This document shows, in pieces, positions 31,732 through 40,981 of a DNA stretch of 46,296 nucleotides. The notes beneath the pieces were generated by a model. It saw only the letters and a list, made by a program, of their open reading frames with translations, searched no databases and was not told the DNA's origin. The stretch comes from Candidatus Adlerbacteria bacterium. Its GTDB lineage: Bacteria > Patescibacteriota > Minisyncoccia > Phycocordibacterales > SBAW01. Within the stretch, counting starts at the first letter, position 1, and the number at the start of each line of letters is the position of its first letter. The DNA is taken from the NCBI GenBank assembly GCA_043784925.1, contig JAYVXU010000021.1, positions 1 through 46,296 of the forward strand, in the 5' to 3' direction. The translations under genes were made by a program, and so were the position numbers.

Positions 31732-32419
31732 TATTATTATCCCGTGTTACAACGAATTGAATACAATTCGCCCTCTTGTTTCGCGTGTGTTAGCGGCTCC
31801 GACAGGAGGCTGGGAGCGTGAAGTAATTATTGTGGATGATGCGTCGACCGATGGGACTCAAGCTCTGCTCGAAGAATTCCGACCTCACGCACGTATTATT
31901 TTGCGGGCGCAAAATGGAGGAAAGGGGAGCGGGGTCCGCGAAGGGTTAGTGGCAGCTTCGGGCACGCATGTGCTCATTCAAGATGCAGACCTCGAGTATG
32001 ATCCTGAAGAAATTGAGTCTCTTGTAGCGGTGATAGACGGGGGCAAAGCTGAAGTGGTGTACGGCTCGCGCAATTTACGCCCGCGAGAACGCGAAGGGGC
32101 ACTCATTCCACGGCTCGGCGTGTGGATTATTACACAAATAATAAATATTTTACATAAGCAAAAACTCACCGACGTGTGGACTTGTTACAAACTTTTTCCG
32201 CATGAAGCCTCGGGAGATTTTAAGCCAGGACGTTTTGAATCTGAGTTATTGTTTACGGCGGCACTTTCGCGCCGTGGCTATCGATTCCAAGAGGTACAAA
32301 TTTCCTACCACCCACGCCCAACAAACGAAGGTAAAAAAATCCGCTACCGCGACGGCGTCTACGCGATCATCATCATCATCTGGGACTGGATTTTATATGG
32401 GAGCGGAGAGGCGGCATAG
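31718..32419 (+). CDS. GT2 glycosyltransferase, polyprenyl-phosphate sugar synthase (GtrB/DPM1-like)
   Basis: Start placed at ATG 31718 (MNKLSIIIPCYNE). It has the IIVDDASTDGT and IQDADLEYDPEE (DxD) motifs. The longer track ORF from 31634 would overlap the GT-C gene by about 100 nt. Confidence 0.85.
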   Translation: MNKLSIIIPCYNELNTIRPLVSRVLAAPTGGWEREVIIVDDASTDGTQALLEEFRPHARIILRAQNGGKGSGVREGLVAASGTHVLIQDADLEYDPEEIESLVAVIDGGKAEVVYGSRNLRPREREGALIPRLGVWIITQIINILHKQKLTDVWTCYKLFPHEASGDFKPGRFESELLFTAALSRRGYRFQEVQISYHPRPTNEGKKIRYRDGVYAIIIIIWDWILYGSGEAA

Positions 32420-32466
32420 GGTCAAGGAACTCTAAAGTTGAACGTTGAGTTATAGTACTACTAGCT

Positions 32467-33597
32467 ATGCAAAAGATTTACTATGTAGCGAATGCAAGGA
32501 TGCCTAATGAAAAGGCGCATGGGATACAAATTGCGAAAATGTGTGAGGCTTTTTTGTCGCTTGGGGTGGATGTAACTCTTATTATCCCGGGGCGAAAAAC
32601 TGAGAGCAAAACTTTACAAGAGTTTTATTGTTTGAGGTGCGCGGTGCCGGTAGTTAAAATCCCAACACTCGACCTCTATGTGCTTGGTCGAACTGGCTTT
32701 GCCGCGAGTTCATTTGTTTTTATGATGTTTGTTGAGTTTTATTTGTGGTTTAAAAAGCTGCAAGGAGAGACATTTATCGTGTACACAGTCGATATGGACA
32801 ATTTTTCTTACGCATTTTTACCATGGGCGGGCAAAACTTTTACCGAGATGCATACACCAAAAGACTCCTCATGGCTTCAAAAATTTTTCTTTAAAAAAAT
32901 TAGTGGAGTAATTGCGACTAATAAATTGATTCAAAAGCGTTTTATAGACGACTACTCACTGTCAGAAGCTAAAGTTATTTCTGAGCCCAACGGTGTCGAC
33001 TATGAGGCATTTGCTACTCCTGTGGAGCAAACAGAGGCACGAAAAAAACTTTTGCTCCCACTCGACAAAAAAATTGCAGTGTACATAGGTCGGTTTTATG
33101 CATGGAAAGCGCTCGATATTTTAGCTGCCTCAGCAAGTATGAGCTCCAATATTCTATATTATATTATTGGTGGTTCACAAGAAGAATTTATTCACGTTAC
33201 CAAAGTTGCGACCATTCCACCAAATTTACTTTTTGTGGGCGGCAAAACATCCCAAGAAATTCCTCTGTGGTTGCATGCAGCTGATGTGCTTTTAGTGCTC
33301 GGCTCTAAAAAAAATGAAGATTCAAATCAATACACCTCGCCTATGAAAGTGTTTGAGTATATGGCCTCGGGTATCCCCATTGTGGCAAGTGCCACACCTG
33401 CAAATACCGACATACTGTCTGAAATTCAAGCATTTTTATACGAGCCCGACAATGCAGAGTCACTTTCAAAAACAATCCAATTGGCCATTAAAAGCCCAAA
33501 GGCTCATGAGCTTGCTCGGGAGGCGCAGTGGAAAGTGCAAAACTACACCTGGACAAAGCGCGCAGAGCGGATTTTAGGATTTATGAAAGAGGTGTAG
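32467..33597 (+). CDS. Glycosyltransferase family 4
   Basis: 376-aa ORF with MQKIYYVANARMPNEKAHGIQIAKMCEAF and the C-terminal SPMKVFEYMASGIPIVAS motif. Confidence 0.85.
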   Translation: MQKIYYVANARMPNEKAHGIQIAKMCEAFLSLGVDVTLIIPGRKTESKTLQEFYCLRCAVPVVKIPTLDLYVLGRTGFAASSFVFMMFVEFYLWFKKLQGETFIVYTVDMDNFSYAFLPWAGKTFTEMHTPKDSSWLQKFFFKKISGVIATNKLIQKRFIDDYSLSEAKVISEPNGVDYEAFATPVEQTEARKKLLLPLDKKIAVYIGRFYAWKALDILAASASMSSNILYYIIGGSQEEFIHVTKVATIPPNLLFVGGKTSQEIPLWLHAADVLLVLGSKKNEDSNQYTSPMKVFEYMASGIPIVASATPANTDILSEIQAFLYEPDNAESLSKTIQLAIKSPKAHELAREAQWKVQNYTWTKRAERILGFMKEV

Positions 33598-34303
33598 CTA
33601 AAATGTCGTAGTGTCGAGGACGACGCAAGTAGTACCTTGCTACAAGTTCTAAATAGAGGCGAGGAATAGACACTTCTTTAAGGCTCGGGAAATACTGCAG
33701 TTTGTATCCTTGTAAAATTTTTGGCAATGAAAGAATGCCGCCATATTTGACGGTGAGGTCACAAATCTCAAAAAGAATAGTTGGTTTATTTTCAGTAATA
33801 GTTTTTTGAGCCCCTTGTAGAACTCGCACATCAAGCCCTTGCACATCGATCTTTATAAAATTTGGCTTGAGGCTAAAAGAGTCGAGTGTATTGAGCGGTA
33901 TAGTGCCTTGCCCGGTGACACGGTATGTCCCTGAGTTGTTCTTTGTGTCGGGAGTCAGGTCCACACTTCCTTCTTTGTTACCTAATGCGCAGGCTATAAC
34001 CTCGACATTTGATTGAGTTGCAACATTTTTTTTCAAAAGTTCTCGAGATCGTAACACAGGTTCAAATGCATAGATCTTTTGAACGAGGGGGGCGACTGCA
34101 AAAGAAAACTCACCGATATTCGCGCCAACATCTACGACCGTTGAGTGGGGGGTAACGTAGGGTTTAATTAATGCCGCATACTTTTCATCAAAAAAAATGC
34201 CGAGCTTTGCTATATTATAAAACATCTTCACATCTTGCGAAGGCGAAGCGTAAAAAGTTCCTTGTTGTATAGTAATGGCCTGTGAGTCATCGCTTGTGTC
34301 CAT
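33581..34303 (-). CDS. FkbM family methyltransferase
   Basis: 240-aa ORF with VVDVGANIGEFSF, IYAFEPV and ALGNKEGSVDL. Its 3' end overlaps the convergent GT4 gene by 17 nt. Confidence 0.75.
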   Translation of the reverse strand: MDTSDDSQAITIQQGTFYASPSQDVKMFYNIAKLGIFFDEKYAALIKPYVTPHSTVVDVGANIGEFSFAVAPLVQKIYAFEPVLRSRELLKKNVATQSNVEVIACALGNKEGSVDLTPDTKNNSGTYRVTGQGTIPLNTLDSFSLKPNFIKIDVQGLDVRVLQGAQKTITENKPTILFEICDLTVKYGGILSLPKILQGYKLQYFPSLKEVSIPRLYLELVARYYLRRPRHYDILATPLS

Positions 34304-34364
34304 GTGTAGATGCTAGCATGCCTGCGTATTTTTTCTAAGCACTTTTTATGTTACCGTTCTATAC

Positions 34365-34964
34365 ATGGATACACTATGGGCCCCAAAAATTTATGCACCC
34401 GGCGGGTTTACTAAGGACAATATTTTAGATGGGGCAAAGGCTCTTGATTTTGGATGTGGCGGACGCAAACTGCCCGGGGCCATCGGTATGGATATTTTAC
34501 AACTCCCCGGAGTTGATATTGTCCATGATGTGAATATTCGACCCTGGCCCATTCCCGACAATACGTTTGACTTAACTTTTGGTAACCATGTGCTTGAACA
34601 TGTCACAGACATTTTAGCCACGTTGGGCGAGTTGCATCGCATCACCAAACCAGGCGGCCACGTTTTGGTGCAAGTGCCATACTTTCGCTGTGTGGACGCA
34701 TTTAATGACCCAACCCACGAGCATTTTTTTGCTACGCAAACTCTCGACTACTGCATTGAAGGCACAAAGCTGAGCGAGTATCACTACACGCCATTTTTGT
34801 TTCATGGAGCAGGATTTTGGTATGGCTGGCCGCATCCGTCAAAAAGCCCGATTAAACGAGCATTTAAGTCGTATATACAATCCCATTCAAAATTTTACGA
34901 TCAGTACTTGTCTTTAGTGGTGCCAACCGAGTGTCTGACGTGGGAGTTGAGAGTGATAAAATAA
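34365..34964 (+). CDS. Class I SAM-dependent methyltransferase (Methyltransf_11-like)
   Basis: 199-aa ORF with ALDFGCGGRKLPGAIGMD, FDLTFGNHVLEHV and TKPGGHVLVQVP. Confidence 0.75.
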   Translation: MDTLWAPKIYAPGGFTKDNILDGAKALDFGCGGRKLPGAIGMDILQLPGVDIVHDVNIRPWPIPDNTFDLTFGNHVLEHVTDILATLGELHRITKPGGHVLVQVPYFRCVDAFNDPTHEHFFATQTLDYCIEGTKLSEYHYTPFLFHGAGFWYGWPHPSKSPIKRAFKSYIQSHSKFYDQYLSLVVPTECLTWELRVIK

Positions 34965-35671
34965 ATATTGTGATTAAACGTTTGATACCGGCTAAATACC
35001 ACTACACGCTTTCAAATATAAAAAATTCGTGGGCTTTAGGGTATGCACAAACCCACTATTCGCAATTTGGAGAAGACGTTGTGATTTCTAAATTACTAAA
35101 ACAAAATAATGGCTTTTATATAGACGTAGGCGCACATCATCCAAAACGGTACTCCAATACCTATTTGCTGTATAAACGCGGCTGGCAAGGCATAAATATT
35201 GACCCAAACCCGGAGTCTATACGATTGTTTAATAGCGCACGTCCACGTGACATAAATATTTGCATGGGCGTTGGTGCAAAAAAAGAAGAACTCACATACT
35301 ATATGTTTTCAGACCCTGCGGTTAACTCTTTTCAAGAAGAGGAGGCAAAACGGTGGGCGAATAAAAGTTGGATAACATCGCTTGGAGTAAAGCAGGTGCC
35401 GGTAGATACTCTCAAAAATATTCTTGCAACCTTACCCGAGGTGCCACATGTCAACCTCCTGACTATTGATGTAGAAGGAATGGATTTAGAAGTGCTGCAG
35501 TCACATGACTGGGAAAAAATATGCCCTGACGTTGTGGTGGTCGAGAGTGACACATTTAACCCGAGCAAACCATTTCAGGATCCACTGTTTGATTTTTTAG
35601 TTTCAAAGCACCACTATATACTCCGCGGGTTGGTTGGACCCTCGCTCATTTTTGAAAACTCACACGTATGA
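34931..35671 (+). CDS. FkbM family methyltransferase
   Basis: FYIDVGAHHPKRYSNTY and GINIDPNP are FkbM-like motifs. The start is uncertain: GTG 34931 overlaps the upstream gene by 34 nt, and GTG 34970 is an alternative. Confidence 0.7.
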   Translation: MSDVGVESDKINIVIKRLIPAKYHYTLSNIKNSWALGYAQTHYSQFGEDVVISKLLKQNNGFYIDVGAHHPKRYSNTYLLYKRGWQGINIDPNPESIRLFNSARPRDINICMGVGAKKEELTYYMFSDPAVNSFQEEEAKRWANKSWITSLGVKQVPVDTLKNILATLPEVPHVNLLTIDVEGMDLEVLQSHDWEKICPDVVVVESDTFNPSKPFQDPLFDFLVSKHHYILRGLVGPSLIFENSHV

Positions 35672-36693
35672 AATCTCGAGTCATAAAAAAAGCGTTAACT
35701 TTTCGTGCGTCCTCAATTGGGGATGGGCTCATGGCCAAATATTTGCTCGAAAATGTGCACGCACAATTTCCTGAGGCAAAGCTCGGTATCGTTGTTGCCA
35801 GTCGCGGTAGCATGATTGCAGATTTATTTTCAAATTCGCCATATATCGAAGTGGTTGAGACAAACCGTCGAGACATCAAAGGGTTGTGGAGGCTATGGAA
35901 GAATTTTCACGGAAGTGATTTTGTGGTGACCCAGTATGCAGGTAAGCACTCTGGTGCGTTTGGGCTCGGAAGCAAATTTTTTGCTCGACTACTTGCAAGT
36001 CCTGGTGGGCTTGTGGGGTTTGCAGATGTGTCAAAGTGGAATCCTTTTTTATATACGCGCCTGCTGCCTGTGCGACGAGATTTCCCCGTTGTTGAGCACG
36101 AACGTGAGGCGCTTCGAGCAGCAGGTCTCGTGCTCCCAATCCCATATCCACGATTATCTATTGATTTGAAACCGGCGGTGCTAGAAAAATTTAATCTTAA
36201 AAAAAATGCATATATTGTTGTTCATTTTTTTGCAGGTAACGCGGGACGAAGTATTAACCCTGCCAACGCTCGGTTGCTTGTAGTAGAATTGCAAAAAAAA
36301 TTTCCTACAGTAAAGATTGTGCTTAGTGGGGGAGCGGGAGATAGAAAAAGTGCAGAAGAAATAATAAAGGACATTGCACATACCCAGGTTGTGGCAGGTG
36401 AAGCGTCTCTTCAGGAAATGATGCAATTGATCCAATCGAGTATTGGAGTTGTAAGCGTTGACACAGGGATTGCACACATCACGGCCCAACTCGAGAAGCC
36501 ACTTGTGGTGATGCGCACCTGCCTCGGGCCTAATTGGTGGTTTCCCGAGCAATATGGGACAGATGCAAAAGTTATACAATTTTCGCGCGAAGAGTTATGT
36601 ACACCACACGTCAGTCAAAACTATCCGGACTGTATAAACCTAGTAGATATGGCAAAAGTTGCAGAAGCGTTTATTTATATATCCGCGAAATAG
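35668..36693 (+). CDS. Glycosyltransferase family 9 (heptosyltransferase-like)
   Basis: 341-aa ORF with ALTFRASSIGDGLMAKYLLENV, the pattern Y..v.hp.a and VSVDTGIAHITAQLEKPLVVM, which is typical of GT9. Confidence 0.72.
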   Translation: MKSRVIKKALTFRASSIGDGLMAKYLLENVHAQFPEAKLGIVVASRGSMIADLFSNSPYIEVVETNRRDIKGLWRLWKNFHGSDFVVTQYAGKHSGAFGLGSKFFARLLASPGGLVGFADVSKWNPFLYTRLLPVRRDFPVVEHEREALRAAGLVLPIPYPRLSIDLKPAVLEKFNLKKNAYIVVHFFAGNAGRSINPANARLLVVELQKKFPTVKIVLSGGAGDRKSAEEIIKDIAHTQVVAGEASLQEMMQLIQSSIGVVSVDTGIAHITAQLEKPLVVMRTCLGPNWWFPEQYGTDAKVIQFSREELCTPHVSQNYPDCINLVDMAKVAEAFIYISAK

Positions 36694-36695
36694 CT

Positions 36696-37760
36696 ATGAC
36701 TATCCATTTTTTTACTAAAGAAGATATACTGCCTGGCTGCTCACGCCAACGAGCCTTTCGAGTAGCAGAAGAGTTGCGGGCTCGTGGTGTTGATGCTGTA
36801 GTGCATTGGCCTTCCGCTGTGCTTATTTCAACGACGAGATGGCCTAAAAAACTAAATCTCATTGTTGCGATTCTTCGCGCCCTCCGCACTATAAAAAAAG
36901 ATGACATTGTGTATCTCCAACGAGCTATTTCAAACAAATACTTCTTTTGTATTATGGTTATGTATTTGATGGTCTGGAGAAGAAAAATGATTTTTGACTA
37001 TGACGACGCAATATATATACATGATCACTTTAAGACAAAAATCTTTACCTGTATGGCCGACGCAGTAGTTGTAGGGAGTGTAGTGCTTGCAGACTGGGCC
37101 CGACAATATAATTCAAATGTGCATATAGTAAATACATCACTTAAGTTTGCTACATATAAAAAATTTACAAAAGATTATACGAAAAATAGTAACCCTTGTG
37201 TCATAGGATGGATAGGAACTGCAAAAGATCACTATAGAAACCTCGAGTTGCTGGCATCAGTCTTAGAAAAATTACTTAAGAAAACAAAAATTCCATTTAC
37301 TTTTGTGGTCGTGGGGGTGCTTGGTCATCAAAAAACCATGGATCTTTTTAACGCAATACCTGGGTTGCCTGTCATGTTTGTTGACCGACTTGAGTATAGC
37401 AACGCTGAGGCTGTGCCAAAAAGTATCCAAACTTTTGATATTGGCACAATGCCTCTAACTGATAGAGGAGAATGGAACAAGGCTCGGTCGTCTTTTAAAC
37501 CACTTGAGTATATGGCATGTGGGGTGGCGACAATTTGCAGTACTATTGGGGAAGTCACGCATATAATCCAAGATGGAAAAAATGGGTTTTTAGCAGATAG
37601 TGAAGATGAGTGGGTAGAAAAATTAGTGAAACTACTTTCAGACAAAAAACTTCGCCAGACCTTAGGGGAGGCAGGTCAAGTGCGTGTGCAGGACAACTAC
37701 TGCTACGAAGCTATAATACCTCGAATGATAGATATGTTTACTTCACTTCAAAAAAAATAA
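36696..37760 (+). CDS. Glycosyltransferase, GT4-like
   Basis: Start placed at ATG 36696 (MTIHFFTKED), directly after the GT9 stop. It has the C-terminal FKPLEYMACGVATICSTIGEV motif. Confidence 0.72.
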   Translation: MTIHFFTKEDILPGCSRQRAFRVAEELRARGVDAVVHWPSAVLISTTRWPKKLNLIVAILRALRTIKKDDIVYLQRAISNKYFFCIMVMYLMVWRRKMIFDYDDAIYIHDHFKTKIFTCMADAVVVGSVVLADWARQYNSNVHIVNTSLKFATYKKFTKDYTKNSNPCVIGWIGTAKDHYRNLELLASVLEKLLKKTKIPFTFVVVGVLGHQKTMDLFNAIPGLPVMFVDRLEYSNAEAVPKSIQTFDIGTMPLTDRGEWNKARSSFKPLEYMACGVATICSTIGEVTHIIQDGKNGFLADSEDEWVEKLVKLLSDKKLRQTLGEAGQVRVQDNYCYEAIIPRMIDMFTSLQKK

Positions 37761-37763
37761 TTT

Positions 37764-38684
37764 ATGCCTAAAGCAATAGTAACAGGAGGGACAGGGTTTG
37801 TAGGGCTACATCTGGTTCACGCGCTTGTGGCAGATGGTTTTGATGTTACAGTGTTCATTCGCGCAAGTTCAGACGAAACGGTATTTGGAAACGTGCTACC
37901 AAAAATTACAGTACGACGCATTGATCTCTCTCGCCGTGAAGAACTCTTTGCCGCTTTTGCTGATACGGGTCCTGCACATCTATTTCACTTGGCAACCTCA
38001 ACGCTTATGAGTGGTAAAACTGCTGACCCACAAACCCTTCTTTCAACGAATGTGATAGGGACAGTAAATGTTATGGATGCTGCGCTTGAAGGCGGTGCGC
38101 TCTCGTGTATCAACATGGGGAGTTTTGCTGAATATGGCCCCAAGGATCATCCTGTTAAGGAAGACGAGAGGTGTGATCCTGTAGAACTGTATGCCGTATC
38201 AAAATTAGCAGCGACACTGTACGGCCAAGGGCTTGCAAGACGAAATACTTTTCCATGTATTACATTTAGACTTTTTACTCCATATGGACCCGGTATTCAA
38301 AAAGGTCGTTTGCTTCGAACTATGATTGAGAAAATTAAAGCAGGAGAGCCGGTACCTTTAGCGACCCCTACGATTTCGCGCGACTTTGTTTTTGTGTTAG
38401 ATATACCTCCTCTTTTAATCGACGCTGCACGACACGCCTCTGAGCAAGCTGGTCGAATATATAATTTGGGAAGTGGGACACGAACTTCTCTTCAAGAGCT
38501 CATTACTCTGGTTGAGCAGCAGCTTGGAGTCAAAGCCCAGCCGGAGTGGAATGCATTTCCTATTCAAAGTTACGATAGCGAATTGTGGCAAGCTGATATG
38601 AGTCAAACTTTTTCTGCATTTAATTGGCGTCCTACAACATCGCTTGTGGATGGGGTAAAACAGGTTATTGCGAGCTTACAGTAA
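37764..38684 (+). CDS. NAD(P)-dependent sugar epimerase/reductase (extended SDR)
   Basis: 306-aa ORF with the Rossmann motif VTGGTGFVGLHLVHAL and the catalytic YAVSK motif. Confidence 0.85.
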   Translation: MPKAIVTGGTGFVGLHLVHALVADGFDVTVFIRASSDETVFGNVLPKITVRRIDLSRREELFAAFADTGPAHLFHLATSTLMSGKTADPQTLLSTNVIGTVNVMDAALEGGALSCINMGSFAEYGPKDHPVKEDERCDPVELYAVSKLAATLYGQGLARRNTFPCITFRLFTPYGPGIQKGRLLRTMIEKIKAGEPVPLATPTISRDFVFVLDIPPLLIDAARHASEQAGRIYNLGSGTRTSLQELITLVEQQLGVKAQPEWNAFPIQSYDSELWQADMSQTFSAFNWRPTTSLVDGVKQVIASLQ

Positions 38685-38702
38685 GTCTTATACAATTGGC
38701 TC

Positions 38703-39929
38703 ATGTCGAAAAAAAAAGATTTGAGAGTCCCGTATGCTCTTGCTGTATTTGGAAAAGAAGAAATAACCGCGGTTACTAAAGTACTTTCCAATGCTTTAAA
38801 AATTTCTCCGGGTGAACAGGCTAAAAAATTTGAACTAGCAGTAGCAAAACTTTTTGGTAAGGAATTCGGTGTCATGGTTAACTCAGGATCCTCTGCCAAT
38901 TTATTAGCAGTCGAATCGCTCGATTTGCCTCCCGGATCTGAAGTGATCACCCCAGTTCTAACCTTCTCAACAACTATTGCGCCGCTTCTTCAAAAAGGTC
39001 TTACTCCGGTGTTTGTTGACGTACTTCCAGGAACTTACAATATTGATGTGGGACAAATCGAAAAAGCTATCACGAGTAAAACAAAAGCATTAATGATCCC
39101 ATCGCTACTGGGCAACATCCCTGATTTGGCTCGAATCCAAAAAATAGCTAAAAAAAATAACCTCTTCTTTATTGAAGACTCTTGCGACACGCTTGGTGCC
39201 ACTTTTGATGGAAAACCCACTGGCTCGTATTCAGACATCTCTACCACAAGTTTCTACGCATCGCATATTATAACTGCGGCAGGGTCTGGCGGCATGGCAT
39301 GTGTTCATGATCCTAAACTCGCCCGAAAAATTTTGATTAAAAGTAGCTGGGGGAGAGACTCAACTTTGTTTGGTATGCACGAAAAGTCTGAGGATATTCA
39401 AAAGCGTTTTGCCGGACATATAGGCGAGCAGCCGTATGATGCAAAATTTGTATTTTCCGAAGTAGGATATAACTTCCAGTCTGGCGAACTTAATGCAGCT
39501 TTTGGGTTAGAGCAACTAAAGCGTTTAAAAAAGTTTGCGGCAAGACGCCGAAGCAATTTTAAACGACTTTATCGTTTTTTTGAAAAATATAAACACTATT
39601 TTGTTCTTCCAATTCAAGACCCAAGAGTTGAAACAAGTTGGCTTGCTTTCCCTTTGACGATTGCTCCAGGCGCACCCTTTACTCGACTTGAGATTACTCG
39701 CCATCTTGAAGAGTGTAATATCCAAACAAGGCCAATATTCACAGGCAACATACTTCGGCAGCCAGCGTTTAAGTCATTGGTGGGCTCACTTTCGGATGAT
39801 GCTTTTCCTGTTGCAGATGATGTTATGCGAAATGGTTTTGTTGTTGGGTGTCATCATGGTTTAGAAAATGAGCAGCTCGACCACTTGGAGTCGGTGTTAT
39901 CAGATTTTTTAGGGGCTCATGCTGCGTAG
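38703..39929 (+). CDS. DegT/DnrJ/EryC1/StrS-fold enzyme of the RfbH(DdhC)/ColD type: putative NDP-4-keto-6-deoxyhexose 3-dehydratase
   Basis: 408-aa ORF with NSGSSANLLA. In the active-site segment STTSFYASHIITAAGSGG, His (aa 188, nt 39264-39266) stands where aminotransferases of this fold have the PLP lysine (SFHxxK). Confidence 0.75.
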   Translation: MSKKKDLRVPYALAVFGKEEITAVTKVLSNALKISPGEQAKKFELAVAKLFGKEFGVMVNSGSSANLLAVESLDLPPGSEVITPVLTFSTTIAPLLQKGLTPVFVDVLPGTYNIDVGQIEKAITSKTKALMIPSLLGNIPDLARIQKIAKKNNLFFIEDSCDTLGATFDGKPTGSYSDISTTSFYASHIITAAGSGGMACVHDPKLARKILIKSSWGRDSTLFGMHEKSEDIQKRFAGHIGEQPYDAKFVFSEVGYNFQSGELNAAFGLEQLKRLKKFAARRRSNFKRLYRFFEKYKHYFVLPIQDPRVETSWLAFPLTIAPGAPFTRLEITRHLEECNIQTRPIFTGNILRQPAFKSLVGSLSDDAFPVADDVMRNGFVVGCHHGLENEQLDHLESVLSDFLGAHAA

Positions 39930-40980
39930 CTCAGGAAAGCATTTTCTCGTGACCGGTGGGTGTGGATTTATAGGTTCAAATTTTATTCGCCATATTTATA
40001 AAACGTATCCGAACGACACAATCCTTAATGTAGATGCTTTGACGTATGCTGGTAATGAAGAAAATCTTAAAGATGTTGAGTCTCTAGATTCAGCGGGCGA
40101 CCCAACGCAACGACGCTACACTTTCGTTAAAGGAGATGTGTGTGATATTGAGAGGGTCCGCTCGCTTATCGCTTCTCAACCTTTTGATTATGTGATCCAC
40201 TTTGCTGCTGAAACGCATGTCGACCGTTCTTATTTTGACGTAACAAATTTTTTACATACTAATGTGCAAGGCACACACACCCTAATAGAAGTGCTCCGTC
40301 GCGAGCAGCCTCAGGCCCGATTTGTACATATTTCAACCGATGAGGTGTATGGCTCTATTCCAGAAGGTCAGTCAAATGAAACTGCACCTATGCAACCTAC
40401 CAACCCCTACGCGGCTTCAAAAGCTGCAGCTGATTTGCTTGTGCAGGCTTATGTAAAGACGCACGGTCTTCAAGCAAGTATTGTGCGCGGGTCAAATAAT
40501 TATGGGTTTTTTCAATATCCTGAAAAACTAGTGCCTCTTGCTATAACTAATTTACTTGATGGTATTGCCATCCCATTGCATGGAGAAGGAACCCACGTGC
40601 GTAGTTGGTTACATGTGCTAGATTTTTGTAATGCAATTGATTTGGTCGCAAGAAAAGCAGAAAGCGGAAGTATATACAATGTCTCAGGGGAAGAGTGTAC
40701 AAATTTAGACCTCTTGTCTTTAATTGAAACAAGTATTGGTGCTCCAAAAAAACTACAAGTGCAACACGTGCCCGACAGACCAGGTTCTGATATGCGCTAT
40801 GCGCCCGACTCGTCGCGCATTCAACAAGAACTCGGCTGGCAAAGGAAATGTGAACTTAAAAGAAGTATTCCAGAAAAAGTAGAGTGGTATCGAAAAAACC
40901 GTGACTGGTGGTCGAAGATTAAAATAAAAAAGGAATATTTTGATCATTACGAAAAACAATCTAAAGGACAATGGTATTAA
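39919..40980 (+). CDS. rfbB: dTDP-glucose 4,6-dehydratase
   Basis: 353-aa ORF with LVTGGCGFIGSNFIRH, STDEVYG and YAASKAAADLL. Confidence 0.9.
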   Translation: MLRSSGKHFLVTGGCGFIGSNFIRHIYKTYPNDTILNVDALTYAGNEENLKDVESLDSAGDPTQRRYTFVKGDVCDIERVRSLIASQPFDYVIHFAAETHVDRSYFDVTNFLHTNVQGTHTLIEVLRREQPQARFVHISTDEVYGSIPEGQSNETAPMQPTNPYAASKAAADLLVQAYVKTHGLQASIVRGSNNYGFFQYPEKLVPLAITNLLDGIAIPLHGEGTHVRSWLHVLDFCNAIDLVARKAESGSIYNVSGEECTNLDLLSLIETSIGAPKKLQVQHVPDRPGSDMRYAPDSSRIQQELGWQRKCELKRSIPEKVEWYRKNRDWWSKIKIKKEYFDHYEKQSKGQWY

Positions 40981-40981
40981 G

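Noticed and set aside
35668-36693. Inferring LPS core biosynthesis, and hence a diderm envelope, from the GT9 gene.
   Set aside because: A single GT9 homolog without lipid A, Kdo or heptose-synthesis genes nearby is insufficient. GT9 enzymes also act on non-LPS acceptors.
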